Position numbers and translations under genes: made by a program. Below the pieces are notes generated by a model that worked only from the letters and a program-made list of their open reading frames with translations, did not search any database and had not been told where the DNA came from. This document shows, piece after piece, positions 21,280 through 30,329 of a stretch of 64,000 nt of DNA. The DNA is taken from NCBI GenBank assembly GCA_902625535.1, contig CACOBT010000007.1:5220-69219 (forward strand), written 5' to 3'. The stretch is from an uncultured beta proteobacterium (GTDB lineage: Bacteria; Pseudomonadota; Gammaproteobacteria; Burkholderiales; Burkholderiaceae_A). Every line of letters starts with the position of its first letter. Positions within the stretch are counted from its first letter, which is position 1.

Positions 21280-22128
21280 GTGAGTGATCATCACACGACA
21301 ACGAGCAATTATTTTCTTACAGGGATAATGGTTTCCGCGATCATACATATAGGCGGTTTTTACGCGGTTTATCTTTTTCTTCGTTCTTCCAAACCGGAAA
21401 TTGTATATGTACAGGCCGAACTATGGTCTGGAGAATATGGAGCGATTTCGCCAATCCAAAATGATACCCCAGGATTGAATGCTCCAAAGCGGGATAGTGC
21501 GCCTCCTAATCAGCAAAATAATCAAAATTCTGCAGTTAAAGAGTCAAGGGGAGATGAAATAGGATTAGAAAAACAAAGAAAAGAAAAACTAGCCAAAGAA
21601 AAATTAGCCAAAGAAAAATTAGCCAAAGAAAAAGCAGAAAAACAAAGAAAAGAAAAACTAGCCAAAGAAAAATTAGCCAAAGAAAAAGCAGAAAAAGAAC
21701 GAGTAATAGCTCAGCAAAGAAGCGAGGAAGTTAAACGGTTAAAAAATGCACTGGCTGGGATGAATCTAAATGAGGTCCCAAAAGGTGGGAATAACAATAA
21801 AACAGTTGCAGGGGTTGAAGGAGGATCTGAAGATGGGAAAAGGATGGGGGAATTGGCAGACTATGCCGAGCAAATACGTTCAAAAATTCGAAGAAAAATC
21901 ATCTTTGATTTAAGAAAAGTTGCTGGAAATCCGAAAGTTGTCTTTACGGTCGAAAGGGCTAATGGACGTTACGAAAAAATTCGATTAAAAAAAAGTAGTG
22001 GTAATCTTAAGTGGGATAGTGCAGTAAAGGATGCTATCAAACGCTCTGTTCCGTTACCAAATCCAACCGGAGATGACATGCTGGTATTACCAAACGAATT
22101 GCTACTATCATTCACCCCACGAGATTAA
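21280..22128 (+). CDS. tolA: Tol-Pal system protein TolA
   Basis: GTG start, N-terminal TM, Lys/Glu/Ala-rich helical domain and C-terminal TolA-III-like domain. Position between tolR and tolB. Confidence 0.8.
   Translation: MSDHHTTTSNYFLTGIMVSAIIHIGGFYAVYLFLRSSKPEIVYVQAELWSGEYGAISPIQNDTPGLNAPKRDSAPPNQQNNQNSAVKESRGDEIGLEKQRKEKLAKEKLAKEKLAKEKAEKQRKEKLAKEKLAKEKAEKERVIAQQRSEEVKRLKNALAGMNLNEVPKGGNNNKTVAGVEGGSEDGKRMGELADYAEQIRSKIRRKIIFDLRKVAGNPKVVFTVERANGRYEKIRLKKSSGNLKWDSAVKDAIKRSVPLPNPTGDDMLVLPNELLLSFTPRD
21568..21690 (+). repeat. in-frame tandem duplication inside tolA (54-nt unit x2, first copy carrying an extra 15-nt 'aaattagccaaagaa')
   Basis: Read directly: 21568-21636 and 21637-21690 are identical except for the extra 15 nt. 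Encodes EKQRKEKLAKEKLAKEK(LAKEK)A. Confidence 0.9.
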
Positions 22129-22202
22129 ACATTAACATTGAATATTTATCTTAAAACTAATATAACTTGAGATGTTTAGTTATTAGTCCTAAAATCAGAG
22201 AC

Positions 22203-23519
22203 ATGAAATTAAGATACGCCTTATACCTATTTCTGTATTTTTTTAGTAACTTGACCGGCTCTCTCCATGCGCAGTCGTTAAGTATTGAAATTACCGGAGT
22301 TGGACAGACTCAGATGCCAATTGCACTAGCACCTTTTTCTGCAAAGAATAATAAGGAATATGACTTTCGAAAAACTCTTGATGACGTTATACAGGCAAAT
22401 TTAAGGAGAACGGGAGCATTTAATTTGTTACCGTTACCACCTCAAGACCCCGACTTGCGTCATGATCTTGAACTTTCTCCTGGTTTTTTTGATACATGGA
22501 AAAATTTGGGAACACATGCCCTCGTTGTTGGTACTCTGGAGGAACGCCCTAAAACAAAAAAAATTATTACAAGCTTTAGGGTTTTGGATACACTACGCTC
22601 TCTAGATCTCGGAGGATTGTCTCTACAAAGTACCCACGGAACTACTGAAGCCAGGACAGTTGCACACAAAGTCTCTGATTTTATTTTTGAGTCTCTAACG
22701 GGTGAACCTGGGTTTTTTTCAACCAGAATTGCGTACGTTGTGAGAAAAAATATGAGTAACCACACTCTTATGATTTCCGACTCTGATGGGTTTAATGAAA
22801 GACCCGCTCTAAAATCTTCGACGCCAATAATTTCTCTGGCCTGGTCGCCGAAGGGCGATAAGCTCGCCTATGTGTCTTTTGAAACAGGCAAACCGGTAAT
22901 TTTCATCCATCGGCTATCGACTGGCAAAAGGTCGATTCTCGCCAACTATAAGGGTTCAAATAGTTCCCCAGCGTGGTCTCCCGATGGTAAGGTCCTCGCA
23001 TTTGTCCTCACCAAAGACGGTACGTCCCAGATATACACATCTTCTTCAGTTGGGGAAAATCTTAAAAGGATTACTAGAGTCCGCGCTATTAACACTGAGC
23101 CAAGCTTTTCCGCTGATGGTAGCCGGATTTTTTATACTTCTGACCAGGGAGGGAGCCCTCAGATTTATTCGATAAATTCCCAGGGTGTTGGCCGGCCTAA
23201 GCGCATAACTTTTAATCGCAAATATAACGCAAGACCTGTGGCCGGTCCAAACGGATCCTTTTTATCATACGTAACACAAATCGATGGTAAATTCGTGGTC
23301 GCGGTTAGGAATTTAATAAGTAATGAAGAAAGAATATTGAGTAGAGGACCCCGCGATGATTCACCAAGCTTTGCACCTAATGGAAATTGGCTCATTTTTT
23401 CAAGTACAATAAGGGGAAGAGAAATCCTTTCTGCTGTTTCGGTTGACGGAAAAGTTAAAACTAGACTGTCCCTTGAATCTGGAAATATCAGAAGCCCAGC
23501 ATGGGGAAACATTCCTTAA
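22203..23519 (+). CDS. tolB: Tol-Pal system beta-propeller protein TolB
   Basis: Signal peptide 'MKLRYALYLFLYFFSNLTGSLHA'. PD40 repeats ('PAWSPDG', 'PSFSADG', 'PSFAPNG'). The ORF track start 22167 is an upstream TTG. Confidence 0.9.
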   Translation: MKLRYALYLFLYFFSNLTGSLHAQSLSIEITGVGQTQMPIALAPFSAKNNKEYDFRKTLDDVIQANLRRTGAFNLLPLPPQDPDLRHDLELSPGFFDTWKNLGTHALVVGTLEERPKTKKIITSFRVLDTLRSLDLGGLSLQSTHGTTEARTVAHKVSDFIFESLTGEPGFFSTRIAYVVRKNMSNHTLMISDSDGFNERPALKSSTPIISLAWSPKGDKLAYVSFETGKPVIFIHRLSTGKRSILANYKGSNSSPAWSPDGKVLAFVLTKDGTSQIYTSSSVGENLKRITRVRAINTEPSFSADGSRIFYTSDQGGSPQIYSINSQGVGRPKRITFNRKYNARPVAGPNGSFLSYVTQIDGKFVVAVRNLISNEERILSRGPRDDSPSFAPNGNWLIFSSTIRGREILSAVSVDGKVKTRLSLESGNIRSPAWGNIP

Positions 23520-24148
23520 CGAGTTATTTGGATATCTACTTAAACGTGAAAAATTTTATTTTCGACGAAAAAAATAAAAACATATCAACAAAATTTATTT
23601 TGTTAATGATTCTATCATTGGCAGGCTGCTCATCAATTGATTTAGATGGGAATGAAGATAGTCTTTATTCCGCGCCCATCAAAACTTCTGAAAACAGAGA
23701 AAAATTAAGTAATGATGACGATAACAAAGTTAACAATTCTTCAATAATTTCATCGCAAAATCTAACACCGAAAACCATTCCAAAAGTGTCTTTAGAAAAC
23801 TATGGTGATTTTGAACCTGCTGTTTATTTCGACTATGATCAATTCAACGTCAAATCTGTTTACATCGACATTATAAAAAAAATAGCTCAAGTAATGAGAG
23901 AAGATCTTAAATTAAATGTAATGCTTGAGGGACATTCGGATGAAAGGGGCACTAGGGAATACAACGTGGCATTGGGACACAAAAGAGCCGAGTCTGTTGC
24001 AAAAGCATTGGAAGCGGAAGGGATTGATCGTAAACGTATGGATACAGTTAGTTTTGGGGAAGAAGATCCTGAAGATAATACCCAAAATGAAGACGGGTGG
24101 GCCAAAAATAGACGGTGTGACTTAATTTTAAAGAGGGGAATACAATAA
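23501..24148 (+). CDS. pal: peptidoglycan-associated lipoprotein Pal
   Basis: Lipobox 'LSLAGC'. OmpA-like 'NVMLEGHSDERGTREYNVALGHKRAESV'. The true start may be the GTG at 23546. Confidence 0.88.
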   Translation: MGKHSLTSYLDIYLNVKNFIFDEKNKNISTKFILLMILSLAGCSSIDLDGNEDSLYSAPIKTSENREKLSNDDDNKVNNSSIISSQNLTPKTIPKVSLENYGDFEPAVYFDYDQFNVKSVYIDIIKKIAQVMREDLKLNVMLEGHSDERGTREYNVALGHKRAESVAKALEAEGIDRKRMDTVSFGEEDPEDNTQNEDGWAKNRRCDLILKRGIQ

Positions 24149-24925
24149 GTGACTAAACTTTATTCTATCTTAGCAAGATCATCAATAATATTGTTTATTG
24201 GATTTCTTCAAACTAATTCTTTTGCTTTCATCGAAGATTCTGATGCCAGGAGGGAAATTCTTAAAATGCGAGAGCAAATAAAGACGTTAGAAAAATCTAT
24301 TAAAGAATCCCAAAATCTCATTAATAGTTATAAAGGGGGTCAAATAATACTACTGAACCAGATCGAGGAACTTAACAAAGAATTAGCTAGATTTCGAGGA
24401 TTTTCTGAAGAGTTTACAGAAAATGCAACACGTACAGAGGAACGTATTTCAGGATTTGAAGAGAGGATCGTCGAAATATTCGATAGACTAACCGCACTTG
24501 AGCCGAAAACTGTCTCTCTCATGGGCCAGGAATTTTTAGTTAAGGATGAAGAAAAAATCTTATACGAGAAAGCTGCGAAATCGATATCCGATGGTAAATA
24601 TAAACAGGGGGTTAATCTTTTTTCACAACTGCGAAAAAATTATCCCTCCTCCCCACTAATTGCATTTGCCCTGCACTCGGAAGGTGTGGGTAATTACGTT
24701 TTAAAAAATCATGTCGCGGCCATTACTTCGCTAAAGTTACTAAAGAAAAAATACTCAAATTATCCTAAATTACCTGAGGCAATGCTGACGTTGTCCGCCG
24801 CATTGGTAGAGACGAAAAAAAATAATGAAGCTACAAAAATACTTAACGAAATTATAGAAAAAACACCTTCTACAGATGCAGCATTGACAGCAAAAGAAAG
24901 ATTAAAAGCGCTATCGAAAAGATGA
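24149..24925 (+). CDS. cpoB: cell division coordinator CpoB (YbgF)
   Basis: Signal peptide, coiled-coil N-domain and TPR-like C-domain. Last gene of the tol-pal block. Confidence 0.8.
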   Translation: MTKLYSILARSSIILFIGFLQTNSFAFIEDSDARREILKMREQIKTLEKSIKESQNLINSYKGGQIILLNQIEELNKELARFRGFSEEFTENATRTEERISGFEERIVEIFDRLTALEPKTVSLMGQEFLVKDEEKILYEKAAKSISDGKYKQGVNLFSQLRKNYPSSPLIAFALHSEGVGNYVLKNHVAAITSLKLLKKKYSNYPKLPEAMLTLSAALVETKKNNEATKILNEIIEKTPSTDAALTAKERLKALSKR

Positions 24926-24928
24926 TCT

Positions 24929-26008
24929 ATGGACATAGCTTCGGTTAAGCTAGCGATATTATTTTCAGGATTACTACTGGGTATCGTTTTTGGTTTTGCT
25001 TGTCAACGTTCGCGCTTTTGCTTCCTAGGTGTGATATCTGACATATACGTCTACGGGAATCCAGGAAGACTAACCTTATATTTATTAACACTTATCACAG
25101 CTGTTTTAGGTAGCCAAATATTAATCTGGTACGGATTTCTAAATCCAATTGATTCAGTGTATTTTAATATCAAAAATCAAACTGTTTCGTGTATTTTTGG
25201 AGGAGTCTTATTTGGAATTGGAATGACTCTTTGTTCTGGATGCACCACAAGCAACCTGATAAAAGTTGGTGAAGGAAATATTAAGTCCTTACTTATTTTA
25301 ATCCTCACGGGAATAGTAGCCATATCAACAATGCGTGGCTCTCTGGGAGTCGCTAGGGTACATATTTTAGAAGATAACTTTATCATAAGAAAAGTAAATG
25401 GTTTTTTTGAACTGAATGACTCGTTAGTTTCTCTTGTAGGACCTGCATTTTTTTTGGTATTGATTATCGCTACTTTTTATATTTTGTCAAAAAAGAGTAT
25501 AGATTGTAAAGGAAATTCGATTTGGGGATTTATTATGGGTTTATGCATTGTTGGAGCATGGTTCATGTCTGGCAATATTGGCTTTATAGCTGAACATCCC
25601 GAAACCCTAGAAAGTAAATATTTACTTACAAACTCTGGAAGACCAGAATCATTTAGTTTCATAGGACCACTAGTCCATTCACTTGAGTTTTTCTTATACC
25701 AGAGTGACAGTAGTAAATTTATATCGTTTGGAATCACAATTCTTTTAGGACTGTTATTTGGGTCGTTTCTTTCATCGTTTTTCCAGGGGAGATTTAAAAT
25801 AGAATTTTTCACGACGAAAAGCGATTTTTTTTATTGTGCAATTGGCTCAAGCTTTATGGGGATTGGTGGTGTGACAGCATTCGGGTGTACTCTAGGCCAT
25901 GGACTTACTGGGCTATCAATTGGCGCGCTTAATTCAATTATTACCGTAGTTTCGATTATTTTTGGTGCCACTTTAGGCATTCGTCATTTGGAAAATAAAG
26001 TTGCTTAA
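24929..26008 (+). CDS. YeeE/YedE family sulfur-compound transporter
   Basis: Polytopic, two homologous halves with conserved Cys contexts 'CQRSRFCF', 'LCSGCTTS', 'AFGCTLGHG'. Confidence 0.8.
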   Translation: MDIASVKLAILFSGLLLGIVFGFACQRSRFCFLGVISDIYVYGNPGRLTLYLLTLITAVLGSQILIWYGFLNPIDSVYFNIKNQTVSCIFGGVLFGIGMTLCSGCTTSNLIKVGEGNIKSLLILILTGIVAISTMRGSLGVARVHILEDNFIIRKVNGFFELNDSLVSLVGPAFFLVLIIATFYILSKKSIDCKGNSIWGFIMGLCIVGAWFMSGNIGFIAEHPETLESKYLLTNSGRPESFSFIGPLVHSLEFFLYQSDSSKFISFGITILLGLLFGSFLSSFFQGRFKIEFFTTKSDFFYCAIGSSFMGIGGVTAFGCTLGHGLTGLSIGALNSIITVVSIIFGATLGIRHLENKVA

Positions 26009-26012
26009 TCCA

Positions 26013-26041
26013 TTGACCTGAACACCCTTTACGGATTAAAG
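26013..26041 (+). promoter_or_regulatory. candidate sigma70 promoter of tRNA-Lys
   Basis: TTGACC (26013-26018), 17-nt spacer, TTAAAG (26036-26041), about 20 nt before the tRNA 5' end. By eye only. Confidence 0.3.
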
Positions 26042-26060
26042 TAGTTAGTTGGATGTACGT

Positions 26061-26136
26061 GGGTCGGTAGCTCAGCTGGTAGAGCAGCGGACTTTTAATC
26101 CGTTGGTCGTGGGTTCGAACCCCGCCCGGCCTACCA
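26061..26136 (+). tRNA. tRNA-Lys (anticodon UUU)
   Basis: GGGTCGGTAGCTCAGCTGGTAGAGCAGCGGACTTTTAATCCGTTGGTCGTGGGTTCGAACCCCGCCCGGCCTACCA. Cloverleaf folds by hand: 7-bp acceptor stem with 2 G-U pairs, anticodon loop CT-TTT-AA, T-loop GGTTCGAAC, encoded CCA. Confidence 0.93.
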
Positions 26137-26139
26137 TTC

Positions 26140-26661
26140 TTGAACTCATTTTTGGAACACAGAATTATTAATTCTTCAACCGTCACATTAGGTTATTCAG
26201 ATACCGAGGATCGGTTATGGATACGTATTCTTAATAAGGATGGAACCGACAAGAAAATGTGGTTGACTCGAAATCTATGTGAAAAAATTTGTATATGTTT
26301 GGTATCCAACTTAGAAAAAACATTAAGTCCTAACTCTGAAAAAAACTCGAAACCGTCTAAAAATATGGCAAAAATATTGGCAACTGAACATCAAGTTGCT
26401 CTCGAGGAGGCAACAAAAAAAAAACCTAACGATTCTGTTGAGGCTGTAAAACCTAAATATAATTCTCCAATACGATTATGTAGCTCCGTTAACATCCAAT
26501 TTGGGAAAGCCTGGAAATTGCAGTTTTTTTGCGCGGAGGAAGCTAATTCCTTTGAGATCAAAACAGACCGTAAGAATATTCACCAGATACTATCCGCTAT
26601 TATAAAACAATGTGCCCAGGCGAATTGGAATATTGAAAATCTCCCTAAATGGGGATTATAG
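26140..26661 (+). CDS. hypothetical protein (start uncertain)
   Basis: 173-aa ORF opening 3 nt after the tRNA at a TTG. The first ATG is 39 codons in. No recognisable motif. Confidence 0.35.
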   Translation: MNSFLEHRIINSSTVTLGYSDTEDRLWIRILNKDGTDKKMWLTRNLCEKICICLVSNLEKTLSPNSEKNSKPSKNMAKILATEHQVALEEATKKKPNDSVEAVKPKYNSPIRLCSSVNIQFGKAWKLQFFCAEEANSFEIKTDRKNIHQILSAIIKQCAQANWNIENLPKWGL

Positions 26662-26677
26662 TGTTCTAGTCTTTAAT

Positions 26678-26902
26678 TTATTTTTTAAACTGATCCTTCC
26701 ATGCATCTACAGCATTCCCGGCACGCTTACCAGCATCCTTTCTCATAGTACTTGAACCACGGTATGCTTTTTTGCGCTCATATTTTTTTCTATCCACATA
26801 TGCTTTGCGTTTCTTAAACACATAAATTGCCGAAAAACTCGCACCCCCTAAAGCTATTCCACTTAAAGCCGCAATTATAACTTTCCGTTTGACAGAATTC
26901 AT
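26678..26902 (-). CDS. small Lys-rich single-TM protein, unknown function
   Basis: 74 aa. TM 'VIIAALSGIALGGASFSAIYVF' followed by a basic tail. Confidence 0.4.
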   Translation of the reverse strand: MNSVKRKVIIAALSGIALGGASFSAIYVFKKRKAYVDRKKYERKKAYRGSSTMRKDAGKRAGNAVDAWKDQFKK

Positions 26903-27227
26903 TTAAGGATTCTCTTATTTTGTCGATGTAAGTACATAGTATACTAGAATTAGCGGAAAAAAATTTATGTTCTCAAGTCTCGTAGTTGCTTTAATTATTA
27001 CTCCTTTGGAGCTGTCTCCCAAACTGATGTGGTGCGCAAAAAAGTCAAACCAAACTCACATAAGCTACTGCTTCAAAGAAAAAAAAGATTGCTATAGTTT
27101 TAGCTCTCAAAAGCAGAAGCAATTTAAGGAAAAGTACCTATTTCCGTGTCTACCTACGAAGGTTTAGCAAAAAAAGAATGTAAATTGAAGACAACAGTAA
27201 TTCAAGAACCAACGATTGGCAGAAAAA

Positions 27228-28325
27228 TTAATTAGTTTCAAACAAAATACGAAGAAAAAAATAGATCAGTTGTAAATATAGGCAGACTTCAAAAATATTC
27301 AATCCATTAACTTTTCTAATCACAAGTGCTAATAGATACCCCATCCAAATAAAGATTGATGTTAACCCCATATAATAATCAGAATTATTTATTATAATTT
27401 GGTGATAGGAATAACTTTTATCTACAGCATAAAATAATCCGCATAACACTATCACGTGAATATATCGTTGATTTTTATCTAATAAATGATAAATTTTTTC
27501 TTTCAATGTCTTTTCCTTATAAATCTCTTCCGTAGATATATTAGGAATAGGTGTGTGAGCATTATCAACGATTTTATTTTTTGTATCCAGAATGCTTTTG
27601 CTCACCATCTGAATTTTTTTTAAAATAATCGAATCATTTTTAATATTCCTCAATCCCCTAATTAGTTTCTTCAAATTGTATTTCTCATCTTCTGCAGGAT
27701 TAGAAGAAAATAAATCTTCAAGTGCGAACGAGACGCTATGAAATATTACTGAAAGCGGACATTTCAATTTCTCAACATTTAAATCCTTTATCCAATAATT
27801 TTCGTAGTCTTCCATCGATACCTCAATTATCTTATTTGAATTCCTATGATATTCCTTCCCATAAAAATTAAAGAATGTATCCCAATCTCTACTGATTGCA
27901 TCTACAAGATCTTTGTGTTGCTTCTCCAGGTTTGGCAAGATCCATAAGGGTTTCTGTAGTCTAAAGATAGAACTCGTTGATATACTGAAATCAATGACAT
28001 ATATCTTCGTAAAGCAAGTTGTAGAACTCTCCTTAAATGTAAGGTTACGGAGGGCCACATCATAATGAAAGATACCTAAATTGTAAATTTTCTGAATGGC
28101 ATTCATAATCGCTAGGGCTATTTCTAGCTTTTGGTTAAATGATAAGCATTTTTTCTGTTCAAAAAGATTTACTCCCACATTATCCATAATAATTTTTTTT
28201 TTATTTGCAATTCCTTGTCTTAAGATGGGAACAGGTGCATCACGCTGGTTTAGATAAGTGAGAATTTGTATTTCCCTGAAATAAGAATAAGAATTGTCAA
28301 AAACCTTATCAAATTTATCCTTCAT
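27228..28325 (-). CDS. membrane-anchored protein-kinase-like protein lacking the N-lobe
   Basis: Catalytic-loop-like 'GIFHYDVALRNLTF' (HxDxxxxN) and 'IYVIDFSIS' (DFG-like). No Gly-rich loop or VAIK lysine upstream. About 3 C-terminal TM segments. Last gene of the SEDS/PBP/FHA/PP2C operon. Confidence 0.6.
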   Translation of the reverse strand: MKDKFDKVFDNSYSYFREIQILTYLNQRDAPVPILRQGIANKKKIIMDNVGVNLFEQKKCLSFNQKLEIALAIMNAIQKIYNLGIFHYDVALRNLTFKESSTTCFTKIYVIDFSISTSSIFRLQKPLWILPNLEKQHKDLVDAISRDWDTFFNFYGKEYHRNSNKIIEVSMEDYENYWIKDLNVEKLKCPLSVIFHSVSFALEDLFSSNPAEDEKYNLKKLIRGLRNIKNDSIILKKIQMVSKSILDTKNKIVDNAHTPIPNISTEEIYKEKTLKEKIYHLLDKNQRYIHVIVLCGLFYAVDKSYSYHQIIINNSDYYMGLTSIFIWMGYLLALVIRKVNGLNIFEVCLYLQLIYFFLRILFETN

Positions 28326-29007
28326 TTTTTTTTTCTATAAAAGCCATGCAGATAGACATATCGTCTTTGCTGCCTCTTTCTCCTGAAATACTAAGCAAGG
28401 ACTCAACAATCTTTCTAAGGTTAGATGGATTAAATTTCTTTATGTCTTTTTTATTTAATATTTTTTCTATGTCACTATTTTTTATGAAGTCACCAACTCC
28501 ATCAGACATCAGAAAGACACATGCTACGTTTTCTCGATATAATCTCGTATAGTGTACCAACTCACAAACGTCAGACCCTATAAGCTGCCAGGGATTACCA
28601 TTATAATCCAAATCTCTAGGTATACTGCAGTGTTCAGTCCATTCTCCATCTGGATTACGCGTAAATACTTTGCCATAACTATCTCCAACACTAATGATTT
28701 CATACGAGTCTTTTAATATATTCAAACCAAGTAACGTTGATGCTCCAGCCTCATTATTCAAGGCGCAATTTTCGTGTATGTCTAATACAATTTTTGATAT
28801 TTCTCGTTCTCTATCTACTTTTTTCATGGCGATCGAACTTATCTTTTTTGAGAACAGACTAGCCAACTTCTTTGCTAATTTGCCACTATTTTTACACGAG
28901 TTAGCTCCATCACATAAAGTAAAGCTATCTGAAACTCGAGCAAAAGCATCAAAACACTCATACTTACGTTTCCCACCATTAATGACAACTGCATATTCAT
29001 AGGTCAT
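28315..29007 (-). CDS. PP2C-family Ser/Thr phosphatase
   Basis: PP2C motif series 'LCDGANS', 'SVGDSYG', 'FLMSDGVGDF', 'GSKDDMSI'. 230 aa. Confidence 0.8.
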   Translation of the reverse strand: MTYEYAVVINGGKRKYECFDAFARVSDSFTLCDGANSCKNSGKLAKKLASLFSKKISSIAMKKVDREREISKIVLDIHENCALNNEAGASTLLGLNILKDSYEIISVGDSYGKVFTRNPDGEWTEHCSIPRDLDYNGNPWQLIGSDVCELVHYTRLYRENVACVFLMSDGVGDFIKNSDIEKILNKKDIKKFNPSNLRKIVESLLSISGERGSKDDMSICMAFIEKKNEG

Positions 29008-29011
29008 TTTT

Positions 29012-29995
29012 TCAAACTATGGTGGGACGTGGTGTCTTATCTGTTGCGTGAGTTTCTTCGCGTGACACTGGTTGAAGCTCCAAAACTGGGAATTCAGCAG
29101 GATCAACATTTCCCGTTAAGTGCCCAATCTTTTCAGGAGGAACACCAAGATACAATCGTTCCCCGGTTATTTTTACAGGATAATTCTTGCCACGTTCCAA
29201 AATCTCACCCTCTTTATTTTTACAAGTTAAGGTAGCCTCCTCAGGAATTGAATAAAACATCTTATCTAAAATTGAATAAATGAAAATTTGGTGCCTTGAT
29301 ACATATTTTGCCTTAATGAGAACTGGAGTGATTCCAAAGTCTCTACAAGCAGTATCCGGATTTTTACCTAAAAGAGTCGGTAGTGTTACTTTTTCAGTCC
29401 TATGTCCATCTCGATCAGTAATAAGTACTTTGAGGTTAACTTTGGTTCTTACTTGATCAGTATGATTTTTTGTTATAAGATCAGTTATATGGTCGGTATT
29501 CCTTTTATTCTTTTTAGGATTTCCTAATTTTGCATCACTCGAAAAAAGAATTCTTCTCCCCTTTATAGAAATGAGATACTTCTCGTCTTCTGAATTTCCC
29601 TCTAAACTTCTAACATCGATTTTAAAAGTTGGGACAAGATCATCCTCTATGACAACTCTTGCCCCCCTATCCGAAAAGTACTCCTGCTGTAAAAAGGATT
29701 TGCAGAATTCTTTTCGAAACTCTGGATTTATATCCTCATGCACTCTAAGAAACTCCTCAAGAGCTCGCGCAACTTCAATATCATTTGGGACAAAGTTCAG
29801 TGATTGTAATGGGAAATAGGACTCCTCTAATACACTTCTCATGTATTTTCCTTCTATCCTATTAACTGCTTTAGTGATAGCGTCGGTTGAGGTCGCTTTA
29901 AGCTCCACCAAAAGGACATCCGCGAAGCTATCGGTATTGTCTGTAAATATAAAATTTTTATTGCTAGATAATTTCTTTTTAAACCAATCAAACAT
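29012..29995 (-). CDS. FHA-like domain protein (FhaA/TagH-like architecture)
   Basis: C-terminal 'LLGKNPDTAC...YVSRHQIFI...VKITGERLYLG' resembles the FHA GR / SxxH / terminal-Gly pattern, with R->K and one residue missing. Start set at the ATG 1 nt after the upstream TGA. Confidence 0.5.
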   Translation of the reverse strand: MFDWFKKKLSSNKNFIFTDNTDSFADVLLVELKATSTDAITKAVNRIEGKYMRSVLEESYFPLQSLNFVPNDIEVARALEEFLRVHEDINPEFRKEFCKSFLQQEYFSDRGARVVIEDDLVPTFKIDVRSLEGNSEDEKYLISIKGRRILFSSDAKLGNPKKNKRNTDHITDLITKNHTDQVRTKVNLKVLITDRDGHRTEKVTLPTLLGKNPDTACRDFGITPVLIKAKYVSRHQIFIYSILDKMFYSIPEEATLTCKNKEGEILERGKNYPVKITGERLYLGVPPEKIGHLTGNVDPAEFPVLELQPVSREETHATDKTPRPTIV

Positions 29996-29996
29996 A

Positions 29997-30329
29997 TCAA
30001 ACCTCATCTTTACTAACTTCGATAATCTCAAAATAATCATAGTTTTCTTTGGGAGGAGTCTTTTTCGTTTTGATAATTGTAACCTCCAAAAGATATTGGT
30101 TAAAGCCTTCTATTTCGTTTATTTGATCGAAAAAAATTTCTTTAAACTCTGATTTTGAAATTTCTCCGTAGATCACTTCAGGTATGTTTACCTTCACATA
30201 CCTCTTTTCTTCAATTCTTTTTTTTAATTCGATAACAAATGATAACAAACACTCTTTTGAGTTGGTATTGTTTCGAAAATATTTATATTCTGTTAGCATG
30301 TCTGGGCTATAAAAGTTAACTTCACTCAA
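29997..30329 (-). CDS. hypothetical 110-aa protein
   Basis: Translationally coupled on both sides: 8-nt overlap with the PBP-like gene, and stop TGA-T-ATG to the FHA-like gene. No recognisable motif. Confidence 0.5.
   Translation of the reverse strand: MSEVNFYSPDMLTEYKYFRNNTNSKECLLSFVIELKKRIEEKRYVKVNIPEVIYGEISKSEFKEIFFDQINEIEGFNQYLLEVTIIKTKKTPPKENYDYFEIIEVSKDEV

Noticed and set aside
21568-21690. Tandem repeats, considered as a possible CRISPR array or contingency locus
   Set aside because: The repeats are in-frame Lys/Glu/Ala heptad-like units inside TolA domain II, which is a normal feature of TolA. There are no unique spacers, so this is not CRISPR.
26006-26038. Inverted repeat TAATCC...GGATTA after the yeeE-like gene, considered as a terminator
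   Set aside because: The stem is only 6 bp and AT-rich, the loop is 21 nt, and there is no U-tract. It also overlaps the putative tRNA-Lys promoter.
25956-26186. 76-aa minus-strand ORF
   Set aside because: It is the reverse-complement translation of the tRNA-Lys gene and its flanks ('GGVRTHDQRIKSPLLYQLSYRP' is a typical anti-tRNA artefact). Not a gene.
26967-27167. 66-aa plus-strand ORF in the 325-bp gap between the small TM gene and the kinase-like gene
   Set aside because: No Shine-Dalgarno, no recognisable motif, and an odd composition. I cannot support it as coding. The gap is more likely promoter and terminator space. I also looked for a stable hairpin there and found only short, alternative 5-6 bp pairings.
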